A stretch of 64,000 nucleotides of DNA from Bacteroidales bacterium (GTDB lineage Bacteria; Bacteroidota; Bacteroidia; Bacteroidales; Prolixibacteraceae): positions 12,496 through 76,495 of the forward strand of contig JBKECW010000040.1 of assembly GCA_047975005.1 (NCBI GenBank). Reading direction: 5' to 3'. The notes beneath the pieces are model-generated. The model saw nothing but the letters and a program-made list of their open reading frames with translations. It was not told the origin of the DNA and made no database searches. Position 1 is the first letter of the stretch, and each line of letters starts with the position of its first letter. Of this stretch, positions 56,589-64,000 are shown one piece after another. A program made the translations under genes and the position numbers.

Positions 56589-57971
56589 TTAAAACGCTTC
56601 ATTTACACTTAGGTAGAAGCCTTTCGAACCGTATTTTCCAATAGCATAATCTAAGGTCAGATTAGTTCGTGCTCTTTTGTCTAGCATTATACGCAATCCT
56701 GCACCAGCTGAGGGCTCCACGTATTCAAACAGATTGATGTTGTTGGTGCGGCTCGATGCCGTTGTGATATTCGCATAAAAAACCGCCCCTAAAACTTCCT
56801 TGTTTTTCTGTAATGGCAATCTGTACTCTACTTCAGCATAGTATAAATCCTCACCGCGGAAGCGTCCTTGTGCAAAACCTCTGCCCGAACGTCCAAATTG
56901 ATCCCAGCCGACAGCAGGTAAATCAAGGTATGGGACATCGCCTGAAGTTACAAAATTACCGTAAGTCCACAGTGCTATCATGTGGCGAGGGCGCTTCTTG
57001 CTGAGATTGAAGTAATCGCGATATTCAACCCAAAGCGTGGATGAGTTTTTAGAGCTGCCTAAGAATTTGGGGTTAACTCTGAAATTGATATAAGCATAAC
57101 GCCCTGAATATGGATTTATAGGGTTGTCTCGACTGTCGTATATACCATTAATAGATATTCCCGATGTAATTGTTTTGTCAATGTCAAAGCCCTTGGATCT
57201 CGCATACGAGTATCTAGACGTAATTGTAATCGTGTCGCCTTCAAGATCGAGAGCTTGGTCGTTAATTTTGGAGTGGTAATCTAGGTGATAGCCAATACCT
57301 GCAAAAAAACGAGTGTCGCTAATGCGCTTGAGGGCTGTTTGGTGAAGACGCAAGTAATTAAACTCCATGAACTGACCGCCCGACAAACCATCTATAAAAC
57401 TGGCATCATTAAATTCAGGCATGTTGAGAACAGGGGAGCCTTCAAAATCTTTATAGGCTAATTTTGAAGAATTAGGTCCTGTGCCTAAACCAAAGGTTGG
57501 TTGCGAGGTTACAAAATACCTCCAGTCCCCGAGAAAATTCCAACTGTCATTGTTTGAAAAGGCTGTACCTTTGGCTGTAAACAAAAACTGTTTTTTTGTT
57601 GTGTATAAAACTGTCGATACCAACGATGAGCGACTAGTAGTAGCTTCGTCGCCAAACAGCCAACTTAACGACGGTGCAACACCATACATAAACCCGTTGG
57701 CGGGACTAGATGCCAGCACAGGCAGTGGTATAAATGATAGCTGCTTGAATAATTTATCGGAATCGTCCACCTTTGCTTTGGGTTCCTTCTTCTTGGCAAG
57801 AACTACTGTTTCTGTTTCTTCTGTTTCCCGCAACTCATTGTTGCTCGTTGCCTGCGGGCTAGGTGTGATAGTCTCCGTATATTCAGTTGTTTTTGAATAC
57901 TCGGAGCTCTGAGCAAATGCACCTCCAGCAATGAATGTGCCGAGTAGTGTAGCTAAGAAATACTTTTTCAT
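56589..57971 (-). CDS. Outer-membrane beta-barrel protein (Omp85/bacterial surface antigen-like)
   Basis: Signal peptide AFA|QS, a Thr/Glu-rich linker, alternating-hydrophobic beta strands, and a C-terminal aromatic residue (…LSVNEAF). Confidence 0.7.
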   Translation of the reverse strand: MKKYFLATLLGTFIAGGAFAQSSEYSKTTEYTETITPSPQATSNNELRETEETETVVLAKKKEPKAKVDDSDKLFKQLSFIPLPVLASSPANGFMYGVAPSLSWLFGDEATTSRSSLVSTVLYTTKKQFLFTAKGTAFSNNDSWNFLGDWRYFVTSQPTFGLGTGPNSSKLAYKDFEGSPVLNMPEFNDASFIDGLSGGQFMEFNYLRLHQTALKRISDTRFFAGIGYHLDYHSKINDQALDLEGDTITITSRYSYARSKGFDIDKTITSGISINGIYDSRDNPINPYSGRYAYINFRVNPKFLGSSKNSSTLWVEYRDYFNLSKKRPRHMIALWTYGNFVTSGDVPYLDLPAVGWDQFGRSGRGFAQGRFRGEDLYYAEVEYRLPLQKNKEVLGAVFYANITTASSRTNNINLFEYVEPSAGAGLRIMLDKRARTNLTLDYAIGKYGSKGFYLSVNEAF

Positions 57972-58305
57972 GTGATGTAAAAATTTGTTGTGTTGATACT
58001 TTTATTATTTAAAAAATGATTTCAGGGTATGTTTTTTATTTATACTAATATCTTCATGCGTAACAACAATGAAAACAAATATGTATATGTAATTGTTTAT
58101 ATGAGAATGTTTGAGTGGTGTAATGTGTTTGCGAATAAGGTTTTATATTGAATATTTGTTTTCTTGTTAGTCTCGTGAGAAGGCTTTTTACATTGAAAAG
58201 TCTGTGAAATTTAGTAATATTGTCAAACGGCATTTGTGAATGTGCAGAAAGACTAGCGAACACGGTGGCGTTTTTAATTGTTAATAAGAGCATAATTAAC
58301 AGTAT

Positions 58306-58845
58306 ATGGTAGAGGCAAAAAGAGTGGGAGAGATTTTTAAGTTTTGTCCAAAATGTGGAGCAAAAGGATTTGCAGCACTGGCAGAACGAGAGTTTTTGTG
58401 CAAATCTTGCAAGTTCAATTTCTTTATGAATGCTTCGGGAGCCGCGACTGCGGTGATATTCAACGAAGCAGGAGAGCTATTGTTGTGCAGGCGTGCCAGA
58501 GAGCCCTTTAAGGGTACTTACGAGTTGCCGGGAGGATTTTTGGAGTTTGGCGAGACTGCCGAAGAAGCCGTAAAAAGAGAAGTGTACGAAGAATTGAATA
58601 TTGAACTTTGCGGACTGCAGTATCTTGGCACATTTGTCAATAAGTATCCTTTTTGCGGGCTTGAGGTCGATACCATCGAGCTTGTATTTAGATGTGACGT
58701 TAAGGATTTTTCGAGTATGAAGGTTGCAGATGATGTAGATGACTTTAAATTTGTACCTTTGCGTCAGATTAATATGAGCGAGATTTCGTCACCAGCGATG
58801 AGAGATATTATTTCAAGGCTTGTGGAATGTAATACCCCAGCTTAG
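58306..58845 (+). CDS. NUDIX hydrolase with N-terminal zinc ribbon
   Basis: CPKCG...CKSC zinc ribbon and Nudix box GGFLEFGETAEEAVKREVYEELNI. Confidence 0.9.
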   Translation: MVEAKRVGEIFKFCPKCGAKGFAALAEREFLCKSCKFNFFMNASGAATAVIFNEAGELLLCRRAREPFKGTYELPGGFLEFGETAEEAVKREVYEELNIELCGLQYLGTFVNKYPFCGLEVDTIELVFRCDVKDFSSMKVADDVDDFKFVPLRQINMSEISSPAMRDIISRLVECNTPA

Positions 58846-58963
58846 AGAGTTTAATCGTAATAAATAAAAAGAATGTATAGATTGATGCATTCATAGAATT
58901 GTTATAAATTATAAATTAGCTGTAAGTCGGTAGACTTGTAGCAGAAAATAAAAGATAGAAGAT

Positions 58964-60745
58964 ATGTCTAAACAAGAAATAGTAAGCCGAATAGATGCCC
59001 TTCGTAAAGTGATGAGAGGTAGTCATATAGATGCTTATGTGATATCGGGAACTGATCCGCATCTAAGTGAATATATGCCTTCCAGATGGGAGACAAGAAA
59101 GTTTATTACAGGCTTTACGGGTAGTGCCGGGAATGTTATTATAACAATGGAACGCGCCATTTTATGGACTGATTCTAGGTATTTCATCCAGGCAGAGGAA
59201 GAATTAGAAGGCACGGGCGTTGAGTTGTATAAGCTTGGCGTAGACGGCGTGCCGACGGTTTGCCAGTTTCTGTATTCAACATATACGAAGGATGATAAAG
59301 TCGGTTATGATGGATTTACATTCTCACCAGCTTTTCTGAAATCAGTGAAAAAAGGCTGCTCTAGAAAAGGCATAAATATGGTAGAATGCGGAGATCTGCT
59401 TAGCGAGATTTGGAAAGATAGACCTGTTATTCCCGGCAAGACAATATTTAAACATGACGAAAGGTTTGCAACAATATCAAGAGCAGAGAAACTCTTGCAA
59501 GTTGAACAAAAACTCGCTGAAAGTGGGGCAAGTGCACAGATAATGGTGGCACTAGACGAAATCGCATGGCTACTTAACTTACGAGGGACAGACGTTCAGT
59601 GTAACCCAGTATTTGTAGGTTATTTTCTTTTCAGTAGCAAGAATAAAGTTCTTTTTGTTGCCGATGGAGCTATTTCCGATGAGATAAGAGCAGAACTTGA
59701 ACAAGACGGTGTTGAGGTGGACTCATACTACAATATAGAGGCTCGCCTTACAGACGTTAGCGGAGAAACCTTCCTTATAGATAGTGCAAGAATAAATATA
59801 ACTCTTAAAGAGTTGATTTTATTCAAAAATAAAACCGTAAAAGGCGATTCTCCTGCAACTTATCTCAAAGCCATAAAACATCCGTCGGAGTTAGAGCATA
59901 TAAGAAATGCAATGAAAAAGGATGCTGTAGCTATGCTGAACTTTATATATTGGTTGCGAGGGAATGCAGGAAAAGGAATTACAGAACTCGACGCTGCCAA
60001 TATGATAATGGAAACAAGATCTTCGCAGAGTGAATATTATGGACCTAGTTTCTTCCCAATTATTGGGTTCAATCCTAACGGAGCAGTTGTACATTACAGA
60101 GTAAATGAAGAATCAGCACTTAAAATAGAAAAAGAAGGCTTCTTGTTGTGTGATTCAGGAGGTCAATATCAAGATGGAACGACTGATATAACTCGTACCT
60201 TTGCGATGGGAGAGCTAACACATCAGCAGAAAGTTGACTATACAATGGTTCTAAAAGGAATGATAAATCTCACATTGGCAAAATTCCCAAAGGGAACTCT
60301 TGGGATTCAGTTGGACTCGTATGCTCGTCGTGCCTTGTGGAGGCACAATTTAGATTATGGACACGGAACTGGGCACGGAGTCGGATACTTTATGAATGTT
60401 CATGAGGGACCTGCAAATATTCGCAAAGACTATAACTCCGTCGGAGTAGAAGAGGGAATGATTTTCTCAAATGAGCCCGGAATATATAGAGACCACGAAT
60501 ATGGGATTAGGATAGAGAATATTTTTGCCGCCGTTCTGGACACTAAAAATGAATATGGCGATTTCTTGAAATGGGAAACCTTGACACTTTGTCCCATCGA
60601 CACTGCTCCAGTGCTAAAAGAACTATTGCTAGAGCAGGAGGTCGAGTGGCTGAACGCTTACCACAAAAATATAAATGAAAAAATATCGCCAATTGTTGAT
60701 GGTGAAATTAAGCAGCTCTTGGATGAATTGACCATCCCTATTTAA
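58964..60745 (+). CDS. pepP: Xaa-Pro aminopeptidase (M24B family, three-domain form)
   Basis: Pita-bread metal ligands in CDSGGQYQDGTTDITR, HGTGHGVG, SNEPGIY and IRIEN. 593 aa. Confidence 0.9.
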   Translation: MSKQEIVSRIDALRKVMRGSHIDAYVISGTDPHLSEYMPSRWETRKFITGFTGSAGNVIITMERAILWTDSRYFIQAEEELEGTGVELYKLGVDGVPTVCQFLYSTYTKDDKVGYDGFTFSPAFLKSVKKGCSRKGINMVECGDLLSEIWKDRPVIPGKTIFKHDERFATISRAEKLLQVEQKLAESGASAQIMVALDEIAWLLNLRGTDVQCNPVFVGYFLFSSKNKVLFVADGAISDEIRAELEQDGVEVDSYYNIEARLTDVSGETFLIDSARINITLKELILFKNKTVKGDSPATYLKAIKHPSELEHIRNAMKKDAVAMLNFIYWLRGNAGKGITELDAANMIMETRSSQSEYYGPSFFPIIGFNPNGAVVHYRVNEESALKIEKEGFLLCDSGGQYQDGTTDITRTFAMGELTHQQKVDYTMVLKGMINLTLAKFPKGTLGIQLDSYARRALWRHNLDYGHGTGHGVGYFMNVHEGPANIRKDYNSVGVEEGMIFSNEPGIYRDHEYGIRIENIFAAVLDTKNEYGDFLKWETLTLCPIDTAPVLKELLLEQEVEWLNAYHKNINEKISPIVDGEIKQLLDELTIPI

Positions 60746-60760
60746 ACTCTATCCTGTTGT

Positions 60761-62566
60761 ATGGAATTGGGAATTGCCATAGTAACCATCATTGTCGGAA
60801 TGTTTCTCTTGAACAGAGAAATATTCCGACCTGGAGTAGTGCTGTTTGGTATACTCGTCATCTTGATTGTTGCGGGAGTCGTAAGTCTTGAAGAGGCTTA
60901 TGTCGGTTTCTCCAATAAAGTTACAATAATAATACTACTGCTCTTCCTTGTGGGAGAAGGTATAAGTCATTCGGGTATGTTTTTGCTATTATCAAAAATA
61001 ACCCTGTTCGACAGAAAAATACCATTGCCGCGGATGATTTTTAGAGTGATGCTTCCCATTGCTGCACTCGCAACCTTGGTTAATAGCGTTACGGTAGTCG
61101 CGATTTTTTTGCCATTTATAAAAAGAATGGCAGAGAAGTTTAATATTTCATCGCAGAAGTTTCTAATACCTCTATCGTATGCTGCAATTTTGGGAGGTGC
61201 AACAACTATGCTAGGATCTACTTCAAATCTTGTTGTTAATGGTTTGCTTATAGGGCAAAATATGGACACTCTGAACTTGTTTGAGCCGATGAAACTATGT
61301 GCAATCCTTGCAGTGGTGGGGGTTTTGTATGTCTCGATAGTCGGCAATAAGTGGCTGCCAGGCGAATTTATTGATAAAAAAAAGCTGGATCAGTCAACCT
61401 TTAGAGATTACTATATTGAAGTTATTTTGCCTAGAGGTAGTGGGCTGATAGGCGAATTTATAGAAAAACGTTCGCACCCCTTGCTGAGAGATTTTAGAGT
61501 TGTGCAAATCAGCAGAGATGGAAAAAAAATAAAAACATCAAACTCTCCTTTTGAATTGTTGGAAGGAGATGTATTGGCACTTTCGGGCAACTCCCAGTGT
61601 GTTACCTCCGCTATATCAATGCCTGACGTTCAGATTTTTGGATGGGAGGAGATATCCGAATTAGGAAAAATAGAAGACCTTATTCAAGTTGAGGTTGTGC
61701 TGTCGCCGCGTTTCCAAGGTATAGGAAAAACAGTTGCAGAGTACAATTTTGCAGAGAAGTTCCGCTCAAAAATTCTTGCTATTCATCGAAATGGTAAACG
61801 ATTCTCTAGCTTCGAGCTTGACAATATAGAAATGAGAGGAGGTGATAATATTATAATGTTGTCGAATAAAAATATATCCAAGAACTGGGCAGAGTCAAAG
61901 AATTTTTATCTCGCCTCAGAGTCAGAAGAAATAGAGACTCAAAAAATAAACTATAGAAATGTAGTAGCAGCATCCGTTATTTTGCTGATAATGGTTGTAG
62001 GCACTCTTGTTTATCAAAATAACGAAAGATTCTCAGGCATAGATATAATGTTGTATTTTGTCTTGTTCGCTTTTGTGGCAATGGTTGCATCTGGCTTTAT
62101 TTCTCGTTTCCAATTCACGAAGTTTGTCAGGTGGGACGTGCTGATAGCTATTGCTAGTGCGTTTGGTATAAGTGCCGGTGTCGAAGCGTCAGGCATTGCT
62201 TCTACTGTGGCCGATAGTCTTACGGGCATGAGCAAGCCCATTGGGCCATACGGAATGCTGATTATAATATATGTTGTAACATCTGTACTTACTGAACTTA
62301 TAACAAACAATGTTGCAGTGGCATTGATATTTCCTGTTGCCATCAGTGTTGCCACAAATCTAGGCGTAGACCCTAAAGCGTACATAATGGCAATCTGCGT
62401 GGCGGCATCTTTAAGTTTTGTTACGCCTCTTGGGTCGCAAGCTAACTTAATAACCCAGAATGTAGGGAATTACCGTTTTGACGATTTCTTGAGGCTTGGA
62501 CTGCCTTTGCAAATCCTGTTGGGAACTATTGCTGTAATTCTGATACCTTTGTTTTGGTCGTTCTGA
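60761..62566 (+). CDS. SLC13/DASS-family permease with two central TrkA-C domains (likely anion/sulfate uptake)
   Basis: Polytopic N- and C-terminal halves separated by a soluble region of about 200 aa resembling two RCK_C/TrkA-C domains. Located directly upstream of cysDN. Confidence 0.8.
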   Translation: MELGIAIVTIIVGMFLLNREIFRPGVVLFGILVILIVAGVVSLEEAYVGFSNKVTIIILLLFLVGEGISHSGMFLLLSKITLFDRKIPLPRMIFRVMLPIAALATLVNSVTVVAIFLPFIKRMAEKFNISSQKFLIPLSYAAILGGATTMLGSTSNLVVNGLLIGQNMDTLNLFEPMKLCAILAVVGVLYVSIVGNKWLPGEFIDKKKLDQSTFRDYYIEVILPRGSGLIGEFIEKRSHPLLRDFRVVQISRDGKKIKTSNSPFELLEGDVLALSGNSQCVTSAISMPDVQIFGWEEISELGKIEDLIQVEVVLSPRFQGIGKTVAEYNFAEKFRSKILAIHRNGKRFSSFELDNIEMRGGDNIIMLSNKNISKNWAESKNFYLASESEEIETQKINYRNVVAASVILLIMVVGTLVYQNNERFSGIDIMLYFVLFAFVAMVASGFISRFQFTKFVRWDVLIAIASAFGISAGVEASGIASTVADSLTGMSKPIGPYGMLIIIYVVTSVLTELITNNVAVALIFPVAISVATNLGVDPKAYIMAICVAASLSFVTPLGSQANLITQNVGNYRFDDFLRLGLPLQILLGTIAVILIPLFWSF

Positions 62567-62627
62567 ATAGTTTATGATAGACTTGCCTATGTGGTGGATA
62601 AGAGCTATATTTGCGTGCTTATTATGA

Positions 62628-63539
62628 ATGTTTATGGACGATTATTCTTTGAACCACTTGGATGAGCTTGAATCCGAGGCGGTATATGTACTGCGCGAAG
62701 TAGCAGCTCAATTTGAAAACCCAGCATTGATGTTCTCGGGAGGTAAGGACTCTATTGTGATGGTGCATCTGGCTAAAAAGGCATTTGCTCCTGCTAAAAT
62801 ACCTTTTACATTACTACATGTCGATACAGGACATAATTTTGAGGAAACTCTTAAGTTCCGGGATGATATCGTAGACGAGCTAGGAGCTCGGTTAGTTGTA
62901 GGATCTGTTCAAGAATCAATAGATACAGGAAGAGTGACAGAGGAGTCTGGTATTTATGCTAGCAGAAACTCGCTTCAGACCATTACACTACTCGATGCCA
63001 TAGAAAAAAATAAATTTGATGTAGCTCTTGGAGGAGGACGTCGAGACGAGGAGAAAGCAAGAGCTAAAGAGCGTTTCTTCTCTCATCGAGACGACTTTGG
63101 ACAGTGGGATCCCAAAAGACAAAGGCCTGAGCTATGGAATATATTTAATGGTAAGAAAAATATGGGCGAACATTTCAGAGTGTTCCCAATCTCCAATTGG
63201 ACTGAAATGGATGTTTGGCAATATATATACCGCGAAAAAATAGGATTGCCAAGTCTCTATTTTACTCACAAACGCAAAGCTTTTGTGAGAGACGGAATGT
63301 GGTTGGCATGGGCTGATTTTATGCAACTGAAAGATAACGAAACCGTCGTAGAAGGAGACTTTAGATGCCGTACTATCGGAGATATTACGTGTACAGGACT
63401 GACAGAGTCTAAAGCCTCTTCAGTGTTGGATATTATCGACGAAATTGCTGTTACACGTGTTACCGAAAGAGGTGGACGTGCCGATGACAAACGCTCTGAA
63501 TCAGCAATGGAAGACAGAAAAAAACAAGGTTATTTTTAA
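62628..63539 (+). CDS. cysD: Sulfate adenylyltransferase subunit 2
   Basis: PP-loop SGGKDS and strong overall CysD-like sequence (…WNIFNG…[17 protein letters not shown]…). Confidence 0.95.
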   Translation: MFMDDYSLNHLDELESEAVYVLREVAAQFENPALMFSGGKDSIVMVHLAKKAFAPAKIPFTLLHVDTGHNFEETLKFRDDIVDELGARLVVGSVQESIDTGRVTEESGIYASRNSLQTITLLDAIEKNKFDVALGGGRRDEEKARAKERFFSHRDDFGQWDPKRQRPELWNIFNGKKNMGEHFRVFPISNWTEMDVWQYIYREKIGLPSLYFTHKRKAFVRDGMWLAWADFMQLKDNETVVEGDFRCRTIGDITCTGLTESKASSVLDIIDEIAVTRVTERGGRADDKRSESAMEDRKKQGYF

Positions 63540-63561
63540 TTTGATAAGCAATATCCCCAAA

Positions 63562-64000
63562 ATGCAAGATAAATTTGACAATCAAGGATACTTGAATATG
63601 GAGTTGTTGCGGTTTACCACCGCAGGAAGTGTGGACGATGGCAAATCGACCCTTATCGGGCGTTTGCTTTACGACAGTAAATCGATCTTTGAAGACCAGC
63701 TAGAGGCAGTTGAAAGAGACAGTAAAAGAAGAGGGCAGGATAGCATGAATCTCGCACTGCTAACTGATGGGCTGAAAGCTGAAAGGGAACAAGGAATTAC
63801 CATCGATGTAGCATATAGGTATTTTGCAACACCAAAACGCAAATTCATAATCGCTGATACACCAGGACACATTCAGTATACCCGTAATATGGTGACAGGG
63901 GCTTCTACTGCAAACGTAGCCCTTATATTGGTAGATGCTAGAAATGGAGTGGTGGAGCAAACATATAGACACTCTTATATTGCATCTCTTCTCCAAATTC
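63562..64000 (+). CDS. cysN: Sulfate adenylyltransferase subunit 1 (GTPase), 5' part; runs off the window
   Basis: My own translation from ATG 63562 gives [36 protein letters not shown]...[17 protein letters not shown] (G1 and G3 motifs). The frame stays open to the window end. It is absent from the ORF track because there is no stop. Confidence 0.9.
   Translation, partial: MQDKFDNQGYLNMELLRFTTAGSVDDGKSTLIGRLLYDSKSIFEDQLEAVERDSKRRGQDSMNLALLTDGLKAEREQGITIDVAYRYFATPKRKFIIADTPGHIQYTRNMVTGASTANVALILVDARNGVVEQTYRHSYIASLLQI

Noticed and set aside
1-64000. A scan for CRISPR arrays, rRNA genes, IS elements or transposases, prophage genes and known defence-system signatures.
   Set aside because: There are no regularly spaced direct repeats and no transposase, integrase or phage-like ORFs. 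I also found no restriction-modification, toxin-antitoxin or abortive-infection-type motifs. The only repeats seen are the protein-level module repeats, the (GCT)7 tract and the homopolymer runs.

Overview
This 64-kb chromosomal segment looks like a Bacteroidota genome, probably Bacteroidales-like. The evidence is exact TAnnTTTG -7 promoter boxes, A-rich leaders with no Shine-Dalgarno sequence, Gln at +1 after most signal peptides, a Bacteroides-type frdCAB/sdhCAB operon, and T9SS components. About 50 protein genes and one tRNA-Trp are supported. I found no rRNA, CRISPR array, transposase or integrase. Most of the window is ordinary core content: fumarate reductase, trpS, dut, comF, a phosphohexomutase, aroE, ftsK, lolA-like, meaB, galM, mfd, SulP with a beta-carbonic anhydrase, a bestrophin-like channel, a sulfatase, pepP, and an SLC13 permease with cysDN. 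The exception is an accessory block at about 10.0-25.1 kb. It holds five tandem, collinear paralogous genes, each built from six Cys-bracketed modules of roughly 100 aa that I cannot assign to a named family. Only the fifth paralogue continues into SprB-type repeats and a T9SS type-B C-terminal sorting domain. It is followed immediately by a PorP/SprF-family gene and then by a large TPR/PD40/OmpA protein with an extra SPOR-like tail. The four upstream paralogues have Sec signal peptides but no sorting domain, and they stop exactly where the fifth one's extension begins. I treat this block as a candidate undescribed cell-surface system. It also has possible hypervariable features: a (GCT)7 in-frame repeat and T11/A9/A7 tracts upstream. 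All functional calls come from motif recognition by eye. No database search was run.
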